64,000 nt of DNA from an uncultured Candidatus Poseidoniales archaeon (GTDB lineage Archaea > Thermoplasmatota > Poseidoniia > Poseidoniales > Poseidoniaceae). The stretch is taken from positions 843 through 64,842 of the forward strand of contig CAXAGT010000002.1 in NCBI GenBank assembly GCA_963968885.1, in the 5' to 3' direction. This document shows positions 28,735 to 37,418 of the stretch, in pieces (within the stretch, counting starts at the first letter, position 1; every line of letters starts with the position of its first letter). Under the pieces are notes generated by a model. It did not search any database and had not been told where the DNA came from. It saw only the letters and a program-made list of their open reading frames with translations. The translations under genes and the position numbers were made by a program.

Positions 28735-30396
28735 TTACTGATTTCTAGTTCCACAGATAGGACAAAATCTCCACTGTGGATCAACTCCAATTCCACATCC
28801 GCGGCAGTACATTCCAGACATAATTGTTGGTTGGAATCCTTGATTCATATTTTGATTGAAATTCTGGTTTGGAGCAAAGCCTTGGTTAAATTGTTGATTT
28901 TTGAATTGTTGGTTGAACTGTTGGTTCTGGTTCTGAAAGGCTTGGTTCATATTTTGTTGATTCATTTGATTTTGATTGAATTGTTGTTGGTTAGGATTTT
29001 GACCTTGATTAGGTAAACTCATTCCACCATGAACCGCTTGATTTTGTGACTGATTTGAAGGGGAATTTGAACCTATAGGAGGTCTTACAGGAGCAGCTCT
29101 AACTGGTTTTGGAAGATTGATCGTATTCTCTGTAGCCTGACTTGCAATAACTTCACCTAGGCTGACTGAGCCATCTCCGTCCAAATCTGCTGATTCGTGT
29201 ATATCTTTGGCCTGCTCAACTGAAATTTCCATAGCAGTTGCTATTTCTTCAACATCCAAGGTTCCGTCCCCATCAGCATCTGCAGCCTCGAACTTCTCAG
29301 CAATGCTGACAAAGTCGTCAGGGAAATCTTCGACGCTGGGTTCTTCGTCAATCACAGGTTCAGCGATCTGCTCTTGGATGATTTCTTCTGTTTCTGAAAC
29401 AACCGGGGTTTCCTTTTCTTCAACAACCGTATTTGCTGGAGCTGGTTGCCCGGTAAATGCACTAGCAAATGCATTCAAAGTAGCTTTTTCCAGTTCTCTT
29501 TCGTCTGGAGCAGGTTCCACTCTTTTCACCTCTGGTGCAGGAGTTACGCCTGTAGGCAAAGGAACAGATTCTGTTTTTTCTATATCAATTTCTTTTTCAG
29601 GCTTTGATTCTACGACTTTTTCTTTACCTGGCAATGGAACTGATTCTGTCTTTATTTCAGGTTCTTGCTTCTTTGGTTGTTGCACAGGTTTAGCGGATTT
29701 TTCAGGTTTGGGTTTTTCTTCTAGTTTAGGGACGCTAACTACTGATGGTTTGGCAGTCCCACTTGCAAGAGCAGAAACCGGAGTCAGATTTCCTGAGGAT
29801 TCAAGATTTGCTTTCAATTCTGTGGCTACTGCGGAAAGAGACTCTAGGTTAGATTCGGGATTAGAGAATAATATCTCTAATTGCTCGAGATACTTGCTGA
29901 CTTCGTTTGAGTCTCCAGTGGAGTTTGCAATTGCAAATAATTTAAGCAATTTCATTGGATCACATAATGATGATAATGAATCAATTTCGTCCTTTGAAAG
30001 ATTAGAGTTACCGGCTTTTGTATCTCCTTGAGAATTAGGAAGACCAAGATAATCACACAGATTATCTGCCATCGACATAATTCCAAGGTGACCTGCTACA
30101 AGATAGTAAATCTCTCCTCCTTCACAATTCAATGATTGACTTGCAAGTTCGAAGTCGAACTCCCCCGGCTTAAGGACTACATCACCGAGTAATGAAAAGA
30201 ATTTTTGGAATGCTCCTGCCCTTTCCATTGCCATCATAGAGTGGACTATGTCTGAAGATTCCGTTGCACCAAAATATGCTGCAGCATCATCTACATCTAT
30301 TCCATCTGGGATGGAAGCACCGGTTACCTCTCCTGCCATCTTCTCACGCCTGTCTGCCGGTATCAAGTACCCTTCTTGAGGATAGTGCCTATACAT
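28735..30396 (-). CDS. Cytoplasmic protein: unknown N-domain, Pro/Glu/Lys-rich linker, EF-hand pair, Q/N-rich tract, C-terminal zinc ribbon
   Basis: Canonical 12-residue EF loops DADGDGTLDVEE and DLDGDGSVSLGE (29152..29280). Q/N-rich tract at 28831..29064. CRGCG-x11-CPICG at 28756..28806. I saw no TM or signal sequence. Confidence 0.8.
   Translation of the reverse strand: MYRHYPQEGYLIPADRREKMAGEVTGASIPDGIDVDDAAAYFGATESSDIVHSMMAMERAGAFQKFFSLLGDVVLKPGEFDFELASQSLNCEGGEIYYLVAGHLGIMSMADNLCDYLGLPNSQGDTKAGNSNLSKDEIDSLSSLCDPMKLLKLFAIANSTGDSNEVSKYLEQLEILFSNPESNLESLSAVATELKANLESSGNLTPVSALASGTAKPSVVSVPKLEEKPKPEKSAKPVQQPKKQEPEIKTESVPLPGKEKVVESKPEKEIDIEKTESVPLPTGVTPAPEVKRVEPAPDERELEKATLNAFASAFTGQPAPANTVVEEKETPVVSETEEIIQEQIAEPVIDEEPSVEDFPDDFVSIAEKFEAADADGDGTLDVEEIATAMEISVEQAKDIHESADLDGDGSVSLGEVIASQATENTINLPKPVRAAPVRPPIGSNSPSNQSQNQAVHGGMSLPNQGQNPNQQQFNQNQMNQQNMNQAFQNQNQQFNQQFKNQQFNQGFAPNQNFNQNMNQGFQPTIMSGMYCRGCGIGVDPQWRFCPICGTRNQ
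28831..29064 (-). repeat. Coding low-complexity region (Q/N/F/M-rich, about 78 codons)
   Basis: Protein reads SPSNQSQNQAVHGGMSLPNQGQNPNQQQFNQNQMNQQNMNQAFQNQNQQFNQQFKNQQFNQGFAPNQNFNQNMNQGFQ. The plus strand shows degenerate TTG/ATT-rich periodicity. Confidence 0.8.
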
Positions 30397-30400
30397 TCAT

Positions 30401-30405
30401 CTCCT
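30401..30405 (-). promoter_or_regulatory. Shine-Dalgarno-like AGGAG overlapping the stop codon of the giant gene, 4 nt before the ATG at 30396
   Basis: Coding strand reads TAG-GAGATGA-ATG, so TAGGAG spans the stop codon and the spacer. Confidence 0.5.
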
Positions 30406-33400
30406 AATTATTTCTTGCAATCGAAATTATTGCTCTAGATTGTTCAGCATTCCATCCTGTTTGTTGCAATTGCATCAAAATTACTCGTTCTTGCTCTCCT
30501 TGACTTATTGCTTCAATAGTCCAATCCACCGCTAGTTGTCTATCTGCATCTTGACCTGAATCAAATACAGACATATCTACCTTGATATTGGCTTTTCTTA
30601 CTTTTTTACCCGCAACCTTCACGCTCTTTTTCTTGGCTACTTTGGAAGGTTGCGATTCTGCTGCTTTAACCGCTCCAGGAGGACCACGCCCTGCCGGACT
30701 AGTTGCCGGCTTCCTATTTTCAATAAACGAACTCTGCCTTTCCTTAGATGGTTGCTTTTGAGGTAATTTATTTCTTGTTTGACTACCCGGTGGGCCCCTT
30801 AGTTGTGGACTTGATTTAGGAGGACCGCCAGCAGGACCATTAGGTCTACCAGGTGGTCCGGAAGGAGACTTAGGAGAATTTCTAACAGGTGGTCTGGAGT
30901 CTTGAGAAGAGGTATTTCGCGATGGCATTGGTTTTGTTGATGAGTAAAAAGATGACATGAAATCATCCTCATCATCATCATCGTAGTAGTCGTCATCCTC
31001 ATCATCGTCATCTAAATCATAACCTCCTGAGAATACTCTTCGAATTACAATTAGAAGAAGAACCAGTCCCAACAAGGCACCTCCACCTGCTGCAAGTAAC
31101 GTTGCTAGATTTAATCCCAATAACTCGAAACCGTCGTCTCCTTGAGTTTCAGCAGGACAACCATACGGACCATCTTCCTCTTCAGGTTCAAGCGGGCATG
31201 GATCAATGAAGTCATTTAGTCCATCATCATCTGTATCTCTTTGATATGGTGCACAGCCGTTTTCATCAACAAGGGAAGCGTTATCCTGTTTTGTATCCAA
31301 ACAAAGGTCGGGATTAGTTCCGTTTGGGTTATCTCCTACAAAATCAAAGTCTCCGTCCTCCCATTGAGTGGGTTCGTCTGGAAAAGCGTCTTTGAAATTC
31401 CAATGACCATCTTGGTCATCATCAGGGCATCCAATGAAATCAACAGTTGAGTTTCCGGATTCAGATGGACAATAATCAGAATTTGAACCGTATGGATTAT
31501 CACCAAAACCGTCACCATCAGTATCATTCCATTGACTAGAATCTGCTGGGAAAGCATCTCCTGTTTGGTTTTCTCTAAGACCAGATTCTGAATTGAGTTC
31601 GTAAGTATAATTTCCGAAATAACCGTCACCGTCTAGATCCTGATCTAACTGCGATTCATCTAGACAACCAGTTGAATCAACAGGATAACCATCGGGCGTA
31701 TCGGGGCATAAATCAGATGAATCAACAACACCATCTCCGTCTGTATCCCTTTGGTTAACCGAGCAACCATTCGCATCTACAGTTGCATTAACCTCTGTTT
31801 GAGGGCAAATATCAACTGGATCTAGTACTCCATCTCCATCAGTATCTGCTTGATTTTGCTGGTCTGTACAACCAGATGAATCAACTTGGATTCCTGCTAA
31901 ACTTTCCGGGCACAAATCGATATCGTTTGTAACTCCGTCATTATCGTCATCAAGTTGGCTTTCTGCACATCCATCTAGGTCTACATTCGAACCAGCAGGC
32001 GTACCAAGGCACAAATCAAGGGAATCATAAACCCCATCTCCATCTTCATCATCAGCAATAATTAGTGGACAACCATCTCCATCAGTGCCATTCAAGACAC
32101 CTAAGACATATGGGCAAGCATCGGGATTAACTCCAGCTGGATTATCACCAAATCCGTCACCATCATAATCCCAGAACTGAGTGGATTCGAATGGCATATC
32201 ATCAGCAGCATTCGACCAACCATCTCCATCTGCATCAGGACAACCAGGATTGGAAACTTTGGAGATTACCATCTCTAATTCTTGTACATAAAATGAAACT
32301 GAGTTAAATGTTGATTCACCGTATACGGCAGGGCATCCATCTAATTCCAGTCCGCCGGAATTATTGCCTGAGTAGTTACTAGTCCAAGCATCGGGATAGC
32401 CGTCGTTATCATCATCAACTGCCGCAGCAATATTTGTTGGGAATTTGTCAGGGTTTGTAGCCCCATCACTGGAGTTATCACCGAATCCATCGCCATCAGA
32501 ATCAGACCATTGGGTTGAATCATTTGGCCACATGTCTGCACCATCTTCGACTAACCATGGGAAGGGGAATCCGTTTGGTTCGGGATCACTTGAGCCATCG
32601 CCATCACTATCAATGCAACCTCTCCTATCCCTAAACGAAACGCCGTAGTCCCAAGGGCATTCATCTCCTTCTAAACCACTCTTGTTATCACCAAAGCCAT
32701 CCCCGTCTGTATCTCTATACTGGCTGGGGTTGTAAGGGAATAAGTCAGGGACTGCATCGTCTTGGGAGGAGTGGCTGGTTACACAACAATCTGGTCCGGA
32801 GTTGTCACCATATCCATCACCATCTGAGTCAAACACCTGTTTCCAATTTCGGTCAAAGAAATCACCATTGTACCATGAACCTCTGTTGCTAGACCATCCA
32901 TCTTGGTCGGTATCTCTACATCCAAGCCTGTCAAAATAAGATAGATCACTTTCTGTAGGACAGTCATCTATCGTGTCAGGGAATCCATCGTTATCTGAAT
33001 CAGGACAACCTATCCCGTAGAAAGTGGAGGGGCCTGGCGAAGAAGGGCAAAGATCGGAGTACGGTCCGTTAGGATTGTCGCCTGCTCCATCGCCATCAGA
33101 ATCCTGCCATTGATTTCCTAAGAAAGGCAAATCATCGATTTCATCGAAGACAAGATCCCTGTCTGCGTCATGATAGAACCTCAACAAGTCCACATCCATA
33201 TCCGTTGGATCGAATAGTGTTGTGAATATCGACTGGTTGTAAATCTCAGGATGAACATCATTGCCAGCTCTAAGGTCTCCAAACTCTATGCTTCTCCAAG
33301 AATTCAATCTCAGGTCAAAGGAATTCCAAACTAAATTATCAGAGCTTGAAGAAGTGAACAAGATTATCGTATTATCATCTTTGACGACATTGAAAACACC

Positions 33401-36400
33401 ATTTGTCGAGGGAGTTGGGGCTTTGTGTGAGGTCCAAGTTTCGTCGAATGTGTGTAGAGGATACTCATTGCTGGAACCTTTTACTGCAATTACGACATCA
33501 TTGTGAACTGCTAGATCTGCTTGGAAACTACCAATAGAACCATTCGCTCTTGGTAGTGATGTTTGTGTCCAGTTTATTGAACTTGAATTCTTGTGATACA
33601 CATTTAGATTACCTAATGAATCGAGGCATGATACAAACATTGTGCCGTTGTTATCGATTGCCAAGTCTATATCACTCTGTAAATCAGTCATATCGGTAAT
33701 AACAGAAGAATTAAGTTGGTTATGGTCAAAACTCCAGACGGATAGTGTTGAATTTACTCCATCTGATTCGATTAAAGCGGTTGATATCGTTCCGTTTTCT
33801 AAAATCAATGATGGGCTAGAATCTGATACTGCATGACCGCTGCCACCTAAGTCATCAATTGCCCATGCTGAACTTGATTTGTAAAGTACTTTCAGTTGAT
33901 TAGAGGTTGTATCTCGATATGTGATGTATATTGTTCCATTATCGGCAACCATTACACTGGGATTTTCAGAAAGGGTGGTTTGAGAAATCACAAGTTCGCT
34001 ATTCCAAGAAGATACGCCCCTTGTGAACATGTAGATTTGTTGGGCAGCACTCGATGCTATTGCGATATACTGATTCCCGTTATCATCAATTGTTGAGCCT
34101 ACGAAATCCCCAAAGGATCCAGAAGAGACTAGTTCCTGTTCCAAAGCCACATAACCACTGGCCGTGACAAGGTTGATTCCATCCTCGTTAGATGATGTGA
34201 GAATCAGTGGCTTTCCTGCCGAGGTTACTGCATAAGATATATTTCCAGAGGTTTGGAATTCATATGGGTGATATGAAACCCATTTTCCGGTTGGAGTTGT
34301 ATCTTCTGTATGCTCGTAATGGGTCAAAATTGTTTGATTTTCTACCTCGCTAGTGTACAAAAGGCTAGTTTCTCCTCTGGAGGCGATTCCTACTTCAAGT
34401 TGCAAAAGTTCTCCTTGTTCTGTAAATTCAATGGAATCCCAATCTCGCTTCTCGTGGAACTGATAGGTCAATGCAAACGAACTACCTTGTGTGGTATCTC
34501 GCTTAGAAAGAGCAATTTCAGTCAGTCCATCTCCGTCTATATCAAACCCAGGCGCTATCACCATTCCAAGCATCTCTTGTTGATTTGCTCCGCTGATGAT
34601 AGTTTGAACATCCGTCCTAAAACCGTCAGGTCCGCCCAGAATTAGGTCAACTCTACCTGAACTATCTGCTTCTAATGCCATAATCAACAAATCATCATAG
34701 CCATCTTCATTGACATCTCCTGCAGGCATGAAATTCGTACCCAGTCTCTCATTTGCAGTGGAACCTGCTTTCATCCAGTATTGCGAAGTTGGCAAGGTCT
34801 CTCCTCCTTCAATCATCAAAACAGTTCCAGAGTTATATGCATCAGGATTTGTTTGATTGTACAACTCTGAAATGAATAAATCATCGTAACCATCCGAATT
34901 TATGTCACCGATGATTTCAGCTTGCCCACCAAGTAATCTCCCTTGTGCATTAGACTGAATTGTGTAGTCGGGTGTTCCATTGAAACCTGAGCCGCTAGAA
35001 TAGAATATTTCGATTGAAGAATATCCAAGTGAATTAGATTGTGTTCCTGTGTTTGTAATTACTAAATCGCCGAAACCATCTCCATTTAGGTCTCCACCAC
35101 CAGCAATACTTCTACCGAAAAATGGTCCAAATCCAGTTTGAGTTATGTTTCGCCCAAATGTTAGAGATTGACCTCCATAGTAGACCGATACTTGCCCAGT
35201 ATGATCATCTCCCGGAAGGCTGATAGTAACATTGCTTGAAAGAATTGCAAGTTCATCATCACCATCACCGTCTGCGTCTGAAAGACGTTCTAAGTCTGAG
35301 CCAAATTCATCACTAGAGTTTCCGCTTAGCATTTGATTTGAAATATTGGAAAGACCGTTTTGACTTCCGAAATAAATCTCCACTCTGGATTCACCAGGAG
35401 AACCGATTGCTAAGTCGTCAAAGCCATCTCCATTGAAGTCCCCAACAGCTAATCCTTTGCCGTAGTGAGCGTTATCCGATGAACCCTCAAGAGCGATTAC
35501 ATTTGGAGTAAGTCCACTTGAGTTTGTTTTGGTAATGAAAACTATACCTGCAGAAGTATTGTTGGAAGTATCAGCCATTGGATTTGATGCAACCACTTCA
35601 GTAAATCCGTCGCCGTCGAAGTCTGCTGAAAAGAAATTAGTTTCTTCAACATCATCCCCTAAACTGTAAGTGTCCATTTCAGAAGGAGAGATTCTGCCTG
35701 TGTCTTGACCTTCTAAAGAACGAAGTAACTCGATATTAAATGAACCATTCAGTTGATTTACAGTAGCTACTTGCTCGACATTGTCACCGTCTAGGCTCAT
35801 TCCAATAACATCAGAAAGGGTGTCACCCCTAGATAGGACCGAGTTAGTAACAACTTGCCCATCGACCTTTATCGAGCGAACTTCGTTTAAGTCCTGTCTG
35901 AAGTAAACAATGTGCACAACAGAGTTTGAATCTGATCTTAACTCAAAATCCTCTCCGACAGGACCTCGATCTAGGATTCTATCCATCCAGAAAATTCCTG
36001 TGAAATTGACCCTCCAAAGTTTTCCATCAACATCTCTGACAACAGACCATTCTCTGTCATCAACATTTACCATTTCAATATGAGTTGCATTGATGTACTC
36101 TCTCATCGTCCTAATATTCCAGCCATCCGAAGTATAAATTGAATCTTGAACGACATACCGTGCTGATTTCAAATGTGGACCATCTGCATAAACAACTCTA
36201 GGTTTTCCGTGCTCGGTCAACATCAAAGCACAATCGACTAAGCCATTTTGGAAAGTAACTGTATCCACTAGCCATGATGAAACATTGCCATCGGTTGATA
36301 CATGCGCATACATGATATCACCATCGGATTCAGACCAACACATACTCACTGATTCATCTTCGTTTAAAGCGATGTCCGGATTTCCGATTTCGGTGTTATT

Positions 36401-36673
36401 TTGATTCGGATAAAGATTACTTTCCATCCAATAATCCAAACTACCTTCGTCACGAACTGTTGCTTGGATTAATCCCTCATAATCCAAATTATCACCTGCG
36501 AATTCATGGGAATTGCCATCGCTGAATGAAACGACTAGATTAGTAGAAATCGAATCACTGAGTTCGCTTTCAGTTTCAAAGTCTATGATTGCTGGAACCA
36601 AAATTTGGATTAATAAGAGCAGTGTTAAAATTCCGCACGCACCACGGCTCTTGCTGAAATGCTTGGCGCGCAT
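30404..36673 (-). CDS. Giant single-pass surface protein: signal anchor, seven FG-GAP repeats, beta-rich region, ~20 thrombospondin type-3-like Ca-binding repeats, TM, 208-aa cytoplasmic tail
   Basis: The track ORF runs to 36853, but Met61 (ATG at 36673) precedes the signal-like MRAKHFSKSRGACGILTLLLLIQILVPA and avoids overlapping the divergent gene that starts at 36786. Repeats and tail are detailed in separate entries. Confidence 0.9.
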   Translation of the reverse strand: MRAKHFSKSRGACGILTLLLLIQILVPAIIDFETESELSDSISTNLVVSFSDGNSHEFAGDNLDYEGLIQATVRDEGSLDYWMESNLYPNQNNTEIGNPDIALNEDESVSMCWSESDGDIMYAHVSTDGNVSSWLVDTVTFQNGLVDCALMLTEHGKPRVVYADGPHLKSARYVVQDSIYTSDGWNIRTMREYINATHIEMVNVDDREWSVVRDVDGKLWRVNFTGIFWMDRILDRGPVGEDFELRSDSNSVVHIVYFRQDLNEVRSIKVDGQVVTNSVLSRGDTLSDVIGMSLDGDNVEQVATVNQLNGSFNIELLRSLEGQDTGRISPSEMDTYSLGDDVEETNFFSADFDGDGFTEVVASNPMADTSNNTSAGIVFITKTNSSGLTPNVIALEGSSDNAHYGKGLAVGDFNGDGFDDLAIGSPGESRVEIYFGSQNGLSNISNQMLSGNSSDEFGSDLERLSDADGDGDDELAILSSNVTISLPGDDHTGQVSVYYGGQSLTFGRNITQTGFGPFFGRSIAGGGDLNGDGFGDLVITNTGTQSNSLGYSSIEIFYSSGSGFNGTPDYTIQSNAQGRLLGGQAEIIGDINSDGYDDLFISELYNQTNPDAYNSGTVLMIEGGETLPTSQYWMKAGSTANERLGTNFMPAGDVNEDGYDDLLIMALEADSSGRVDLILGGPDGFRTDVQTIISGANQQEMLGMVIAPGFDIDGDGLTEIALSKRDTTQGSSFALTYQFHEKRDWDSIEFTEQGELLQLEVGIASRGETSLLYTSEVENQTILTHYEHTEDTTPTGKWVSYHPYEFQTSGNISYAVTSAGKPLILTSSNEDGINLVTASGYVALEQELVSSGSFGDFVGSTIDDNGNQYIAIASSAAQQIYMFTRGVSSWNSELVISQTTLSENPSVMVADNGTIYITYRDTTSNQLKVLYKSSSAWAIDDLGGSGHAVSDSSPSLILENGTISTALIESDGVNSTLSVWSFDHNQLNSSVITDMTDLQSDIDLAIDNNGTMFVSCLDSLGNLNVYHKNSSSINWTQTSLPRANGSIGSFQADLAVHNDVVIAVKGSSNEYPLHTFDETWTSHKAPTPSTNGVFNVVKDDNTIILFTSSSSDNLVWNSFDLRLNSWRSIEFGDLRAGNDVHPEIYNQSIFTTLFDPTDMDVDLLRFYHDADRDLVFDEIDDLPFLGNQWQDSDGDGAGDNPNGPYSDLCPSSPGPSTFYGIGCPDSDNDGFPDTIDDCPTESDLSYFDRLGCRDTDQDGWSSNRGSWYNGDFFDRNWKQVFDSDGDGYGDNSGPDCCVTSHSSQDDAVPDLFPYNPSQYRDTDGDGFGDNKSGLEGDECPWDYGVSFRDRRGCIDSDGDGSSDPEPNGFPFPWLVEDGADMWPNDSTQWSDSDGDGFGDNSSDGATNPDKFPTNIAAAVDDDNDGYPDAWTSNYSGNNSGGLELDGCPAVYGESTFNSVSFYVQELEMVISKVSNPGCPDADGDGWSNAADDMPFESTQFWDYDGDGFGDNPAGVNPDACPYVLGVLNGTDGDGCPLIIADDEDGDGVYDSLDLCLGTPAGSNVDLDGCAESQLDDDNDGVTNDIDLCPESLAGIQVDSSGCTDQQNQADTDGDGVLDPVDICPQTEVNATVDANGCSVNQRDTDGDGVVDSSDLCPDTPDGYPVDSTGCLDESQLDQDLDGDGYFGNYTYELNSESGLRENQTGDAFPADSSQWNDTDGDGFGDNPYGSNSDYCPSESGNSTVDFIGCPDDDQDGHWNFKDAFPDEPTQWEDGDFDFVGDNPNGTNPDLCLDTKQDNASLVDENGCAPYQRDTDDDGLNDFIDPCPLEPEEEDGPYGCPAETQGDDGFELLGLNLATLLAAGGGALLGLVLLLIVIRRVFSGGYDLDDDDEDDDYYDDDDEDDFMSSFYSSTKPMPSRNTSSQDSRPPVRNSPKSPSGPPGRPNGPAGGPPKSSPQLRGPPGSQTRNKLPQKQPSKERQSSFIENRKPATSPAGRGPPGAVKAAESQPSKVAKKKSVKVAGKKVRKANIKVDMSVFDSGQDADRQLAVDWTIEAISQGEQERVILMQLQQTGWNAEQSRAIISIARNN
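31190..33175 (-). repeat. Array of thrombospondin type-3-like repeats (D-x-D-x-D-G-x-x-D)
   Basis: DSDGDGAGDN, DSDNDGFPD, DTDQDGWSS, DSDGDGYGDN, DTDGDGFGDN, DDDNDGYPD, DADGDGWSN, DEDGDGVYDSLD, DDDNDGVTNDID, DTDGDGVLDPVD, DTDGDGVVDSSD, DTDDDGLNDFID and others, often flanked by Cys (CP...GC). Confidence 0.78.
34502..35640 (-). repeat. Seven FG-GAP repeats (integrin-alpha-like beta-propeller blades)
   Basis: ADFDGDGFTEVVASN, VGDFNGDGFDDLAIGSPG, LSDADGDGDDELAILS, GGDLNGDGFGDLVITN, IGDINSDGYDDLFISE, AGDVNEDGYDDLLIMA and GFDIDGDGLTEIALSK, spaced roughly 50-65 aa apart. Confidence 0.8.
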
Positions 36674-36785
36674 AAGCCTTTCACATCCACTAACATTCAA
36701 AATGCTTGTCCGTAATCGTCTAATTTGACAGAGAAGTAATTGGGTTTCAGCAACCTTCATTTCAAGGAGATTTTTCGATTTATTT

Positions 36786-37418
36786 ATGGCAACTAATTCC
36801 AAACGCGCTTTGGTAATCGCTAACGGCGAAATGCCATCTTTAGAAATTGTCAAAAATTTACTCCAAACAGCGGATTTTGTCGTCGCATGCGACGGTGGAT
36901 ATCATCATTGCAAACAATTGGAAATTTCTCCGAACCTTCTGTGTGGAGATTTTGATAGCATAGATTCTGAATTACTAAATACTGTTAACTCTGAATTTAC
37001 TGAAGTGATTCATATGCAAGATCAAGAAAAAAGCGATCTCTCAAAGACCCTTTCACATCTGAAGAATGAAGGATTTACATCGATTGATGTAATTGGAATA
37101 GACGGAGGAAGATTGGATCACCAGTTTGGAACATGGTCGTCCTTGATAGAATCGAATTCTTTTGCGACCTTGCACTACGATGATTTTATCCTTAACAGAG
37201 TTCCTGACGACACGGTTCAATTCCATACAAAATCGGGAAAAATCGTGTCATTAAACCCAATTATCACTTGTGAAGGAGTCAGCCTCGAAGGATGTAAATT
37301 CAATTTGAATGATGAATCCTTAGAAATCGGAACCAGAGGAATACACAACATAGCCTTGAATGACATAATTGAGATTAGCAAAGTTTCTGGAGAACTGCTC
37401 ATTATGATTGAGCGATAA
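36786..37418 (+). CDS. Thiamine pyrophosphokinase
   Basis: ALVIANGE, VVACDGG, LLCGDFDSI, DQEKSDLSK and GIDGGRLDHQFG. Confidence 0.85.
   Translation: MATNSKRALVIANGEMPSLEIVKNLLQTADFVVACDGGYHHCKQLEISPNLLCGDFDSIDSELLNTVNSEFTEVIHMQDQEKSDLSKTLSHLKNEGFTSIDVIGIDGGRLDHQFGTWSSLIESNSFATLHYDDFILNRVPDDTVQFHTKSGKIVSLNPIITCEGVSLEGCKFNLNDESLEIGTRGIHNIALNDIIEISKVSGELLIMIER

Noticed and set aside
28831-29016. Periodic TTG/ATT-rich DNA that might be taken for a tandem repeat or degenerate CRISPR-like array
   Set aside because: There are no unit repeats with unique spacers. The periodicity is the codon-level signature of the Q/N-rich coding tract on the minus strand.
29207-30031. 274-aa plus-strand ORF
   Set aside because: It is antisense to the linker region of 28735..30396. 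It is extremely Ser-rich with no start context, typical of a shadow frame opposite E/K/P-rich coding sequence.
36674-36853. 60-codon N-terminal extension of the giant ORF (track start 36853)
   Set aside because: The extension overlaps the divergent TPK gene start (36786) and has no signal peptide. Met61 at 36673 begins a canonical signal-anchor sequence.
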